Virus record (IMG/VR): IMGVR_UViG_3300029448_000014
Coordinates: 1-64,000 of that record
Strand: one strand, 5' to 3'
DNA: 64,000 nucleotides
Source of the DNA: a virus
Shown: one piece after another, positions 27,407 to 36,853 of the stretch
How positions within the stretch are numbered: position 1 is the stretch's first letter
Layout: each line of letters opens with the position of its first letter
Program-made: the position numbers and the translations under genes
Notes under the pieces: model-generated
The model's database searches: none
What the model was told of the DNA's origin: nothing
Seen by the model: only the letters and a program-made list of their open reading frames with translations

Positions 27407-27712
27407 TCAATGCTGGCTAAGTGAGATTCTGTCCAGCTTACTTTCGATCCTTATCATGTGAGCTTCTACCTTAGCTATGATTTCACTAAGATCTTTTTTG
27501 CTTACATATTGTTCTGCTAGTCGTAACTCTAGATTATCGACACGTCTATCAATTTCAGACAGATGTTCTTTGGTAACGTACTTATCTACAATTCGTAATT
27601 CAATAGAATCAAGACGCCTATCAACATGATTGATGCGTCCATGGACTCTATTAGTAAGTGCGCCGAGGCCTGTAATTATGCCAATGGCTCCAACAATTGT
27701 AGCTTCAAGCAT
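27407..27712 (-). CDS. TM plus coiled-coil protein with an internal 24-aa duplication
   Basis: DRR.D..ELR....YV.K..LSEI occurs twice. Confidence 0.7.
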   Translation of the reverse strand: MLEATIVGAIGIITGLGALTNRVHGRINHVDRRLDSIELRIVDKYVTKEHLSEIDRRVDNLELRLAEQYVSKKDLSEIIAKVEAHMIRIESKLDRISLSQH

Positions 27713-27747
27713 TGTCCCATTAGTAAAACGTAGTTCCTTTCATTTTA

Positions 27748-27981
27748 TCAGTTATCTGCTGAGATACATTCAGCAAGTGACTCTTCAGCCCACTCAATAA
27801 ATGCTGTACGTTTGAATTGATGATTGTCCTTGGATTCGACTATTGCGTTTTCTACAATTGCAACAATTAAATTGAATTCTTTGAAGCGTGGATTGTTAAC
27901 ACTGATGTTGTGATTTTGATAATGCTTGAGAGCATTAATCACATCACGCATTTGTTCTGTTGTAAGTTTAATCATAGTCAC
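27748..27981 (-). CDS. hypothetical protein
   Basis: 77 aa ORF. Confidence 0.55.
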   Translation of the reverse strand: MTMIKLTTEQMRDVINALKHYQNHNISVNNPRFKEFNLIVAIVENAIVESKDNHQFKRTAFIEWAEESLAECISADN

Positions 27982-28034
27982 CTATATATTATTTAGGCAT
28001 TACAGTAAGAATGTAAGCAATACCAAGAATAGTT

Positions 28035-28421
28035 GTGAAGACCTGCAGTATATGCAGGCAATCGTTGTCAGAAGATAAATTCCACAAGAGAACTTATAAG
28101 ACTGGAAAGATTGGCCTGCAAGCAAAGTGTAAATCATGTTGCACTAAAGTGCGACGAGAAAAATACTACAAGCCTCATTCGTCTATAAGACTAAAGCTAA
28201 AGCTTAGTCAAAGTGAAGTAGATGAATTGCTAGCTCCAGGTAAATGTCAATGTTGTGGCGCTAAAGATAGAAAACTATGCATAGACCACAATCACGACAC
28301 TGAAAAACCTAGAGGCTTACTGTGTCACAACTGCAACACTGCTCTAGGTCTGTTAGGAGATAACGTTGAAACTATCCTATCGCTCAGCCGATACTTGGCG
28401 CAACGAGAGCCACTGGTGTAG
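28035..28421 (+). CDS. Endonuclease VII-family free-standing homing endonuclease (F-CphI-like)
   Basis: CSIC..CKSC N-terminus; CQCC...IDHNH...[12 protein letters not shown]; converges on and overlaps the psbA 3' end. Confidence 0.85.
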   Translation: MKTCSICRQSLSEDKFHKRTYKTGKIGLQAKCKSCCTKVRREKYYKPHSSIRLKLKLSQSEVDELLAPGKCQCCGAKDRKLCIDHNHDTEKPRGLLCHNCNTALGLLGDNVETILSLSRYLAQREPLV

Positions 28422-29472
28422 TGGTTGCTGATGCCAAATCAAGAGGAAAGTTATGTGCATTTCTCTCATGAATCACTTCTAGCCCAAGACCAGCGCGATT
28501 AAGAATATCGCCCCAGGTGTTGACGACGTGACCCTGGCTGTCCTGAATGGACTGGTTGAAATTGAAGCCATTTAGGTTGAAAGCCATTGTACTTACACCA
28601 AGTGCAGTAAACCAAATACCAACCACAGGCCAAGCAGCGAGGAAGAAGTGAAGGCTACGGCTGTTATTAAAGGAAGCGTACTGGAAGATAAGCCTACCAA
28701 AATAACCGTGAGCAGCGACAATATTATAAGTCTCTTCTTCTTGGCCAAATTTATATCCATTGTTATGACTTTCGTTTTCAGTTGTCTCACGAACAAGTGA
28801 GCTTGTAACAAGACTTCCGTGCATAGCACTAAAAAGAGAACCACCAAAGATGCCTGCGACACCCAGCATATGAAACGGGTGCATAAGGATATTATGTTCT
28901 GCTTGGAATACCAACATATAGTTGAATGTTCCGCTGATTCCGAGTGGCATTGCATCGGAGAATGAGCCTTGTCCAAAGGGATATACCAGAAAAACTGCAG
29001 AGGCTGCGGCAACTGGTGCGCTATATGCAACCATGATCCAGGGGCGCATACCTAAACGATAACTAAGTTCCCATTCGCGTCCCATATAGCAAAAGATGCC
29101 AATAAGGAAGTGAAAGATGACTAATTGGAATGGGCCTCCGTTGTAAAGCCATTCATCAAGGGAAGCAGCTTCCCAAATTGGATAAAAGTGTAGACCGATT
29201 GCATTACTGCTAGGCACAACAGCACCAGAGATGATGTTGTTGCCATACATTAGTGATCCGGCAACAGGTTCACGGATGCCATCGATGTCCACAGGAGGAG
29301 CAGCGATAAAGGCGACGATGAAACATGTTGTAGCAGCAAGCAGTGTAGGGATCATCAAGACTCCAAACCAACCGACATAGAGGCGATTGTTGGTGCTTGT
29401 TACCCAGTCAGTGAAAGAATCCCAAGTATCTTTAAGCGGATTAGACTTGGGAAATAGTGTTGTAGTAGACAT
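28384..29472 (-). CDS. psbA: photosystem II D1 protein
   Basis: [14 protein letters not shown] ... [13 protein letters not shown]; uninterrupted. Confidence 0.99.
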   Translation of the reverse strand: MSTTTLFPKSNPLKDTWDSFTDWVTSTNNRLYVGWFGVLMIPTLLAATTCFIVAFIAAPPVDIDGIREPVAGSLMYGNNIISGAVVPSSNAIGLHFYPIWEAASLDEWLYNGGPFQLVIFHFLIGIFCYMGREWELSYRLGMRPWIMVAYSAPVAAASAVFLVYPFGQGSFSDAMPLGISGTFNYMLVFQAEHNILMHPFHMLGVAGIFGGSLFSAMHGSLVTSSLVRETTENESHNNGYKFGQEEETYNIVAAHGYFGRLIFQYASFNNSRSLHFFLAAWPVVGIWFTALGVSTMAFNLNGFNFNQSIQDSQGHVVNTWGDILNRAGLGLEVIHERNAHNFPLDLASATTTPVALVAPSIG

Positions 29473-29574
29473 TAAAATAAGACATTGTTTGTGTATTAAA
29501 GGTAAGTACTCGGCACGAAAGCCTACGCAACAATTCTACACTTTAATGTGTGAATATGGTGACAGTAGTTATAC

Positions 29575-29817
29575 TTAGTCGTCAAAGAAAGTTTCAGCAA
29601 ATGATGAAGCCTTTAGGTCGTCGAAGTCTGTAGGAATATAACGAGATAGACGATTAACAGGAGAAATACTAACTTGATGTAATCGAGCATCTGTTTGTAG
29701 ACCATTAAGTTGACGGCGTTCGCTCATCGTATGTGGATGCCTAAGTCCAGTACTGGACTCAGGATTGTGGCGATAAGTTCTAGACATAATTAACTCCATT
29801 TCGTATAACAGGAGCAT
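29575..29817 (-). CDS. hypothetical protein (likely start MSRTYR)
   Basis: Basic small ORF; GGAG precedes the internal ATG. Confidence 0.55.
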   Translation of the reverse strand: MLLLYEMELIMSRTYRHNPESSTGLRHPHTMSERRQLNGLQTDARLHQVSISPVNRLSRYIPTDFDDLKASSFAETFFDD

Positions 29818-29887
29818 GGGATCTGCTCCCGCTTATTTACAGTTTATGTTGAAAAGCTAACGGTTGTGGTTGTCAGAAGAGGTGGAA

Positions 29888-30229
29888 TTAAAGGTAAGTA
29901 ATTCTTACGTAATCTACACCAGGTCCAGTTAATCCAATTGCCTCAGCAGCACCACGAGATAAGTCGAGCTCACGAGCCCCAATGTACGGACCACGGTCGT
30001 TAATTCGGACGTTGACACATCCTTGATAACAGACCTTTAGTCGCGTTCCGAAAGGGAGCGTCTTATGTGCTCCGGTAAATCCCATTTGGTCATACACTTC
30101 TCCGTTAGCGGTGAGGCGACCGTGAAAGCCTGGTCCATACCAACTGGTGAGCATAGAGCCACCAGCGGATACGGATGTAGACAGAGTTAATAGAAGAGCA
30201 CTAGAAGTGCAAAGAATTTTAGATAACAT
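29888..30229 (-). CDS. rlpA: RlpA-like lytic transglycosylase (DPBB domain)
   Basis: SWYGPGFHGRLTANGE, AHKTLPFGT, VRINDRGPY and DLS. Confidence 0.92.
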   Translation of the reverse strand: MLSKILCTSSALLLTLSTSVSAGGSMLTSWYGPGFHGRLTANGEVYDQMGFTGAHKTLPFGTRLKVCYQGCVNVRINDRGPYIGARELDLSRGAAEAIGLTGPGVDYVRITYL

Positions 30230-30304
30230 AGGTTACTCATATTATTTTCTAAACTTAAGTTAGCAAATAGGGAACACATTTACGTGCTCCCAATTGTATA
30301 ACTA

Positions 30305-31276
30305 TCACGCAGTGACTAAGTCACGTGCAACAGCAAAAGCACGCTTGCTAATCTGTGCTCCAGCACCGAAAGTGCCACGTGCAAACTGAGCGCGACCCTT
30401 GGCAGCTGTAGTGCCACGAGTGCTTGTTTCTACCTGGGTGATGGCATTAATACCATTCCAGAGACTATCTGGTGCGTAAGCAATAGCGCCGTAGCCTTGT
30501 TGAAAGGCACGCTCAAGCGCTTGACGTTTACGGAAGACTTGACCTTCGTCAATATTGTAAACCTCGTCAAGAAATTCGTTGAATTGATTGAGGTTCATAG
30601 CTTCACGAGAAAACTCACGCATCAAGTCACACTCAGTCACAAAGTCTTGACGTGCTACATCAATACTCTCAATAAGAGCATCAAAGTTGTTGTTAGCACC
30701 ATTCTTGTGAGTGATGCTGGAGTGCGCACCGCTCTCACCAAGTGCTGCAGTCAGTGTGTTCTGACAGACAACACGGATGTTGGTGAACTTTGCGCCACAG
30801 CCAGTCTTGCCGTCGTGTCCTAAGTAACCGACGATGCGACGTTTTACTGTGTCACCAGGGACGATGTCCGTCTCCGCACCACGGAGTGTGGCGGTAAAGC
30901 AGACTTTGGCACCATCCGATAAAACGATGACGCAGTCCATGTCTGCCTCTTCGCGGATGAACTCAGCCATCCGAAGGAGCGAATCGTTTTGGACGATTTC
31001 GTATTGCTTGGAGACGATACCGAGCAAAGCTTGGGTGTCAGTGCGGACAACTCCGAATGTACCTGTTGGACGAAACTCGTCGGAAGGGAATTCGTCTTCG
31101 TTGTAGGCAGCTGAGACAGTGATTGGTAGTTGAAGCTCTCGCTTCTCGACAGTAAAGAGTGCGTCTGCAGTTTCAAACGCTTCTCGCGCCGGAAGTGTGC
31201 CTGTTGTGACGACACCCATGCCGTGCCAAGCCTGTTCCGAGTTGCCGAGCCAGCCAGATGTGAAGTTTGAGGACAT
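30305..31276 (-). CDS. DUF932 family phage/plasmid protein
   Basis: AWHGMG, Y.IVQN, HDG, IRVVCQNTL, H and W..INAIT. Confidence 0.85.
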   Translation of the reverse strand: MSSNFTSGWLGNSEQAWHGMGVVTTGTLPAREAFETADALFTVEKRELQLPITVSAAYNEDEFPSDEFRPTGTFGVVRTDTQALLGIVSKQYEIVQNDSLLRMAEFIREEADMDCVIVLSDGAKVCFTATLRGAETDIVPGDTVKRRIVGYLGHDGKTGCGAKFTNIRVVCQNTLTAALGESGAHSSITHKNGANNNFDALIESIDVARQDFVTECDLMREFSREAMNLNQFNEFLDEVYNIDEGQVFRKRQALERAFQQGYGAIAYAPDSLWNGINAITQVETSTRGTTAAKGRAQFARGTFGAGAQISKRAFAVARDLVTA

Positions 31277-31326
31277 AGGATTAGATCCATATATACGATT
31301 TACCCCGATTGGGGCACATAAAAAAA

Positions 31327-31346
31327 GAGCAGCCGTTAGGCCGCCC
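31327..31346 (-). terminator. TAAC-loop terminator
   Basis: Minus strand GGGCGGCC-TAAC-GGCTGCTC-TTTTTT. Confidence 0.65.
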
Positions 31347-31405
31347 TTATTATGTTGATTTCAGACTTACTTGTATCAATGAAATATCAAAATGTTCAGA
31401 CATAT

Positions 31406-31795
31406 TTATTCATTAACACAGATAGGGGTGTATTTTGATGCTTTATCGGATACTTCCCAGGTTCCGTTATATGCCCCAACTCGACAGGCAGTTTGGTGCT
31501 TACAGCAGAAGCAGCCGTGTCCGTAACATTCTTTAGATAAGCGCTTATCTTTTGCAATGCCCTTTATTTGAAATAAAGAACTTATGTACCCACAGCAAAG
31601 AGAATGCTTTTGAACATAGGAACGCATCGCTTCATACATGACTTCTGACATAGTCACACCAAAAGCATTGGCATAGTCTTTGAGCATACTGTGACATTGG
31701 TCAGGCATTTGAACTTGCAGTTTTTTCAAGTCATTTCCAAAAAGGTATAGTCGGATTCTAATTACATTGATAAGTAAATTTGCGCAGTAAGACAC
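31406..31795 (-). CDS. ribbon-helix-helix protein with a Cys-rich C-terminus (start uncertain)
   Basis: KKLQVQMPDQCHSMLKDYANAFGVTMSEVM..A...Y; C..HGCFCC.H..AC. Confidence 0.6.
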   Translation of the reverse strand: MSYCANLLINVIRIRLYLFGNDLKKLQVQMPDQCHSMLKDYANAFGVTMSEVMYEAMRSYVQKHSLCCGYISSLFQIKGIAKDKRLSKECYGHGCFCCKHQTACRVGAYNGTWEVSDKASKYTPICVNE

Positions 31796-31825
31796 CGAAT
31801 GGAAACATTTAAGTTACCTTAAGTT

Positions 31826-31993
31826 TTAATGTGAATCAATTTCTACATTTTGCTGTAAATACATTTCAATAGCATTTGCCATGACATCGTTCATTGTGAC
31901 ATTGATTTGAGCTGCATGAATTTTTAATTTCAAGTGAGTTTCCGTGTCTAGAAGAACCGTAACTCGTTTTTTAGGCGACATCATGAGATTCAT
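31826..31993 (-). CDS. ParG/CopG-like ribbon-helix-helix protein (not in the ORF track)
   Basis: KKRVTVLLDTETHLKLKIHAAQINVTMNDVMANAIEMYL. Confidence 0.75.
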   Translation of the reverse strand: MNLMMSPKKRVTVLLDTETHLKLKIHAAQINVTMNDVMANAIEMYLQQNVEIDSH

Positions 31994-32130
31994 GTGCCCA
32001 CACTATAGGGGATTTGCTTAACAAAACTACAGATCACTGTAAAAATGTTTTTACAGTGCGTTTTTGCCACGTTACTGCTGTGGTTTCTAGATCCATTGCA
32101 ATGACTGCAATTCAGGCAATAATTTAGGCA

Positions 32131-32250
32131 AAAACCACGTTTGCCACATTCGATTCTCTATATACTTCTTTTTTAATACATAGTCCTTTCTATAGACTAT
32201 TTATTTTGCAGTTTATAGTAAGTAGTGCAGCAAGCGTGGTTTTGTAGTTT
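32131..32250. repeat. inverted-iteron element copy B
   Basis: AAAACCACGTTTGCCACA (32131) and TGCAGCAAGCGTGGTTTT (32226), followed by GTAGT. Confidence 0.65.
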
Positions 32251-32259
32251 AGATGGAAA

Positions 32260-32808
32260 TTAAGTCCTATTGCTAGGGACAAGCATATTGCCAAGATTTA
32301 ATTTATAATTATCAGCAAAGGATTGCGCCTCTTTGTTTTTGTCAGGCTTATTTATATATGACTTTCTATTTTCTTGTAAATTAGAACCATACTGCTGATC
32401 AAAGTTATCTTTTACTGATTCATCGCCAAAAATATAATTACCTTTGTAGGGAAGAACTTTTCTTTCATAGGCATCTGTATAAGCATTAGCCTCTGCTGCC
32501 CGTTCAGATAGCTTGACAGGTAATTCAGGTTCAGGTTCAGGTGTAGGTTTAGGAGCTACAGGTTCAGGAGCTGGCGGAGCAGGAGCAGGGGGGGCTGCCT
32601 GATAAATAGGCATGTCAAATGTTCTTTCTTGGTTAGCGGATCGTTTCCATCCATCGATACGGATCGGCTCGTAGCCAGTAAGGTTACGTCCTTCTGCTTT
32701 TGCCTTTTTATCCGCTTCAGACTTTTGCCGACTTAAGTCTTGTAAAATTACATGTAAATCTCTCCCAGTGTTCTCTTTGCTACCATCTGCGTAATAAAGA
32801 GTTGCCAT
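32260..32808 (-). CDS. Pro-linker hypothetical protein, paralog 1
   Basis: Shares PELPVKLSERAA.ANAYTDAYERKVLPYKGNYIFGDESV with the neighbouring gene. Confidence 0.75.
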   Translation of the reverse strand: MATLYYADGSKENTGRDLHVILQDLSRQKSEADKKAKAEGRNLTGYEPIRIDGWKRSANQERTFDMPIYQAAPPAPAPPAPEPVAPKPTPEPEPELPVKLSERAAEANAYTDAYERKVLPYKGNYIFGDESVKDNFDQQYGSNLQENRKSYINKPDKNKEAQSFADNYKLNLGNMLVPSNRT

Positions 32809-32860
32809 CAGCTTATCCTGCTAATAAAAAGTGTAGATTAATCTTACTTCCTATTTTAAC

Positions 32861-33439
32861 TTAGTATTCACCAAGTTTAAGAGAGTAATCAAGCTTTTCC
32901 CTATCGTTAGCTTTAATTTCTTTAGCTTTATCGTCAAGAATGTTTGGATTCTTTGTTTTTAGTTCGTTTGTAAGGTTAGTTTGGTATTGATTCTTAAAAT
33001 TCTGCTCAACTGATTCATCACCAAAAATATAATTACCTTTATATGGAAGAACCTTTCTTTCATATGCATCTGTATAAGCATTAGCATCAGCTGCTCGTTC
33101 GGATAGTTTGACAGGTAATTCAGGTTTAGGTTCAGGCGTAGGTTCTGGAGTAGGTGCTGGTTCAGGGGCTGGAGTAGAAGCAGGTTCAGGTTGTGGGATT
33201 TTATAAATAGGAATAACTTCATCGTAGTCATTGTCATCTATTCCGCCTGAGCCCCAATCGTCGAATGTAAATGCAGGTTTAGCACCACCGTGTGGCTGGT
33301 ATAGTGTATATTGTTCTGGATTTTTTTGAGCAGCAGTTATATGTTTCAAGTCTTCTGTTCGGCCATACTTAGCGTCATGCTTCGCGTGCGTTGTACGTGT
33401 TCCCCATTGATAGTCATTAATGCCAAAAAGGTCAGCCAT
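32861..33439 (-). CDS. Pro-linker hypothetical protein, paralog 2
   Basis: Same shared block; duplicated upstream region. Confidence 0.75.
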   Translation of the reverse strand: MADLFGINDYQWGTRTTHAKHDAKYGRTEDLKHITAAQKNPEQYTLYQPHGGAKPAFTFDDWGSGGIDDNDYDEVIPIYKIPQPEPASTPAPEPAPTPEPTPEPKPELPVKLSERAADANAYTDAYERKVLPYKGNYIFGDESVEQNFKNQYQTNLTNELKTKNPNILDDKAKEIKANDREKLDYSLKLGEY

Positions 33440-33515
33440 AGTATTTCACTTTGCTAGTAAAAAGTGTAGATTAATCCCAATTCCTATATTAACTTAGTAT
33501 TTAAGCAAAGTGATA

Positions 33516-33586
33516 CGAGACATACCAGATTCGAACTGGTACAAACTGCGAATAGGCAGTCGTGATAGCCATTTCACTAATGTCCC
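33516..33586 (-). tRNA. tRNA-like gene with a 6-nt anticodon loop (identity undetermined)
   Basis: GGGACAT-TA-GTGA(AATGGCTA)TCAC-G-ACTGC(CTATTC)GCAGT-TTGT-ACCAG(TTCGAAT)CTGGT-ATGTCTC-G. Confidence 0.75.
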
Positions 33587-33590
33587 AATA

Positions 33591-33641
33591 AGAAATGGGG
33601 AGGAATTGCACCTCCCCTAGTTTCAGCTATCTGTCATCTCT
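33591..33641 (-). ncRNA. tRNA-like minihelix (acceptor stem + T-arm)
   Basis: AGAGATG...GGGAGG(TGCAATT)CCTCCC-CATTTCT. Confidence 0.4.
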
Positions 33642-33859
33642 TAGTTAAGGTGACTTTCTAAAGTTTGCAAAATATCGCGCATGGTTGCACGTGCAAAGCC
33701 ATTAGCACCTATAACAGATTCTGTTGGTTCAGTTTTAGTATGGTAAAGCTCATATTTCGTTAAAAAACGAGCTTTTTCACAGTATGTTGCTGATTCATCT
33801 AGCTGCATGATGAGTTTCTCAACAAGTGGTCGAGAGATACGAATCATCTCTGGTTCCAT
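33641..33859 (-). CDS. hypothetical protein
   Basis: Follows the CCGG hairpin at 33895. Confidence 0.6.
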   Translation of the reverse strand: MEPEMIRISRPLVEKLIMQLDESATYCEKARFLTKYELYHTKTEPTESVIGANGFARATMRDILQTLESHLN

Positions 33860-34152
33860 GGCTGTTACCTGATGTTGGACACAAATATCGAACCCCGGCG
33901 TTAGCCGGGTAAAGCTACTAAATTTGTGTACTTAATCAATGGAAAATTAATGAGGCAGTGATACAGCCTACAGAAAAGCCTGAAAATAAGCTCAACACAA
34001 TTGTAGTACTCATTAAATCAATAGCTGCTATTTATTTAATTTAGCGTTGATTTTTGCCGCTTTCTTAAGTATTTTCTGCCCTGTTTTGCGATCAACACAG
34101 TGGGCAGCTAAATTCATTACTTTAATTAATTTTGCGTATTGTTTGGAGTAAT

Positions 34153-34677
34153 TCATAGACCATAAGCATAGGTTAATTCGGGGTGTTTATCCCAATATTC
34201 GTTGTTAGTATTCAGTTGAATAGTATCAACACCCTGTAGTTCAGCACCACGGATATTGGCTGGTGAATCATCAAACAATGTACCGACCATGCGGTATTTC
34301 TGTTGCAAGTATTGAATCATTGCCTGCTTAACAACACTAGAGGTTTCACCTTCGGTACTAAGTAAGAGTACGTCAAAGGGTATGTTGTTTCGCTGTAGCC
34401 ATTCAAAGGTTTCAGGTAAACGACTTGAAGGCCTTGCAGTTGCAATAGCAATGGCGTCACCAAAGCTGTGCAGCATTTGAACTAACTCAACCATAACGTT
34501 ATTTGCTGGAAAATTACGCGAGGCATCAAAGAACAAGTCTTTAGTCATGCCAGCGTTGTTAAATCCAGCAGGTTTACAAGTAAGAGTGTCATCAACATCA
34601 ATTACGTGCACGACTTGATCCTTAGAGGGATCAGTCATTGAAAGTCCTGTGAACAGGTCGCTTCCGATTGTATTCAT
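34153..34677 (-). CDS. HAD-family phosphatase (PNK 3'-phosphatase-like)
   Basis: DVDDTL, TAR, K and FDD motifs. Confidence 0.85.
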   Translation of the reverse strand: MNTIGSDLFTGLSMTDPSKDQVVHVIDVDDTLTCKPAGFNNAGMTKDLFFDASRNFPANNVMVELVQMLHSFGDAIAIATARPSSRLPETFEWLQRNNIPFDVLLLSTEGETSSVVKQAMIQYLQQKYRMVGTLFDDSPANIRGAELQGVDTIQLNTNNEYWDKHPELTYAYGL

Positions 34678-34870
34678 AAATAAATTTCAAAGTTCATTGA
34701 GATTAACAGCCGGAGTTATTCGGCATTGACTGTTCTTAGACGACATAAATGCCTTTGCTTACTAATAAGCAAGCGTCTTAATTTGTTTTAGTTAGTTATA
34801 CAAACTATCTAAAATAAAGAGGTAAGTAAGTAATACCTAGATGAATAAATAGTCATAGGTATGTGTATGG

Positions 34871-36034
34871 GTGCAGATCAATCCTGGGTATAGAAGTAAT
34901 TTGTCCAATAGGGAAATTGCTCGTATCAATACGTTATCTCCAACAAAAAGGGCTCAGATTCGGCATAGTTTGCAATATTCAAACAATGATGCGCTTGATG
35001 ATTTATTGCGTAATTACGCTGGTGGAACAGATGATCCTGTGATTCAATTATTGTTAGATCAAGAATTTAAGGACGCAATAGTTCACGGTGCTTCTGGTGA
35101 AGGATATAGGTATCAAGATACTAAGCCTGGAACAAGAGGCGAAGGTAATGGTAAATATCTATTGATGGCCGATAAACCTACGGATTACGGTCCTGAAGAG
35201 CAGGCTGCATTAGAAATTCTTGCATTAAGAAAAGAACTTGACTATGTACAGGGTGGAAGGATTGATCCTATTGACCCTGAAAGCGCCTTATACCAAATGA
35301 TTGCTCGTCACAATGCTGCTAACATTAGGCCTACTTCAATTAAAGCAATAGGTGAAGGAGGCATTGATAAAGACAGAAGAATGCATCCTGATTTGCCACC
35401 TCAAACTCTTGCAAATGCTACTGTTGCAACTAATAACCAATTAATAGACAATTTACTGGGTAACGAAAGGTACGAACAATCAATTACCGATGTAGATAAA
35501 AATGGTATTAGAAGCGGTATTCCAGTAGAGCATAAACTTTCATTTGATGGTCATGAAGCTTTAGGCAGGGAGCCAAGTAACAGAATGCTGGGAAGTACAG
35601 TTAAAAACAGTGTACTTAGATCAGAAGGTGATCCATACCGCCAGCAAATATTGTTACTTAGAAAAGCTGCAGAACTTGAAGACGCTTTTAGATTAAATCA
35701 TGGTAGAGATGTAAGGGAATATATGGTTGATAATGATTGGGATTATAAGCCTTATCAAACAGTTATGCCAAAGCTTGAGGATTTCGGTACAGTAGATAAA
35801 GGCGCAAGAAAGTTAACTTCTGACAAATCTATTATGAAATCCCCATTACGAATGGCAGGTACTCGACCTGAAATGGTAAGACTTGCTTCTGGCAAACGTT
35901 ACGAAAGCCCTGGAGAAAGTAAGGAGCGTGGCCTCTATGTGGATAGTGGCGGTGGTGATGTAACCATTGGAGAAGGCGCTCTTCGAAGCAATGGTAATGG
36001 CAACGGTAAGCGTAAGAATGGCAATGGCCACTAA
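34871..36034 (+). CDS. hypothetical protein (lone plus-strand gene)
   Basis: 387 aa ORF ending at a CCGG hairpin. Confidence 0.7.
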   Translation: MQINPGYRSNLSNREIARINTLSPTKRAQIRHSLQYSNNDALDDLLRNYAGGTDDPVIQLLLDQEFKDAIVHGASGEGYRYQDTKPGTRGEGNGKYLLMADKPTDYGPEEQAALEILALRKELDYVQGGRIDPIDPESALYQMIARHNAANIRPTSIKAIGEGGIDKDRRMHPDLPPQTLANATVATNNQLIDNLLGNERYEQSITDVDKNGIRSGIPVEHKLSFDGHEALGREPSNRMLGSTVKNSVLRSEGDPYRQQILLLRKAAELEDAFRLNHGRDVREYMVDNDWDYKPYQTVMPKLEDFGTVDKGARKLTSDKSIMKSPLRMAGTRPEMVRLASGKRYESPGESKERGLYVDSGGGDVTIGEGALRSNGNGNGKRKNGNGH

Positions 36035-36092
36035 AGGCAAGGCTGTTTAAATAAAAGTAAAAAAGCCTCCGGTGTTAACCGGAGGTGCAGGA

Positions 36093-36545
36093 TCAGAAGA
36101 CGGGAGATTCGTCAATTACAGCTTCTGCTGGTTGAGCGTCTGCTGGTCGTACAACAACGCCAGTCTTACGTACAGCATTCTCAACTTTGTCCTTAGGCAT
36201 AGCACCTAAGCCACCAGTTGGGACTTGAACGTCAAGCATCTCAATTGTAGGACGCTTAAGCATTACAACTTCACCTTGTGAGTTAGTGTATGTTTCTGCA
36301 ATGGACTTGATATGTCCAGTGAGAGTAATCATACGACCTACAGGGAGTTTGCCATTGTTGTACAAGGCAAGCAAACCGTTGCTATTCAAGAACTTGATGT
36401 TTGCGCCTTCGTCATCATTCATAAAATTCGTGATGACAGTGACGGCGATAAACTCTCCGTTCCGTCCATTCACCAAGTCAATGTTGCTAATGCGGCCATT
36501 GACGGTGAAAGTGTTAAATGCAGCGTAAGTTTTGTAGTCTGTCAA
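36093..36545 (-). CDS. SSB-like OB-fold protein
   Basis: N..TV.GRI, G..ITLTG.I and C-terminal DESPVF. Confidence 0.7.
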   Translation of the reverse strand: MTDYKTYAAFNTFTVNGRISNIDLVNGRNGEFIAVTVITNFMNDDEGANIKFLNSNGLLALYNNGKLPVGRMITLTGHIKSIAETYTNSQGEVVMLKRPTIEMLDVQVPTGGLGAMPKDKVENAVRKTGVVVRPADAQPAEAVIDESPVF

Positions 36546-36613
36546 GGTTGTTACCTGTTAGTTGGACATGAAAAAACACAACCGGTGTTAACCGGAAGTG
36601 TTGGGTTAGGGAT

Positions 36614-36853
36614 TTAGACTTGGGCTAAAAAAGCACCAGCGTCATGGATTTTCTCGCCAACAATGGCAAGTACAAGTCCGACGTTGTTAACGCCACCACG
36701 GCAGCGTTGACGTACTTCTTTCCAATCGACCTGCTTAATCCAGACAATAGTGTCTGATACAGGAGGGAAGCTTTTAAATGCACCTTCGTCAAGTGACCAC
36801 TCAGGGTCGCCACTTACGATTCGTGCATTAGCTTCAAAGTCTGAACTAGTCAT
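36614..36853 (-). CDS. hypothetical protein (start corrected to MTSSDF)
   Basis: The longer ORF-track call runs through the hairpin at 36888. Confidence 0.6.
   Translation of the reverse strand: MTSSDFEANARIVSGDPEWSLDEGAFKSFPPVSDTIVWIKQVDWKEVRQRCRGGVNNVGLVLAIVGEKIHDAGAFLAQV

Noticed and set aside
28384-29472. Group I intron in psbA
   Set aside because: The ORF is continuous and of normal length.
29500-29530. PhotoRC-type RNA motif upstream of psbA
   Set aside because: Only a small hairpin (GGC-TTTCGT-GCC) is visible; it cannot be assigned without a covariance model.
35515-35625. Possible HNH-like motif (VEH...N...N) in the 387-aa protein
   Set aside because: Too weak to call without a profile search.
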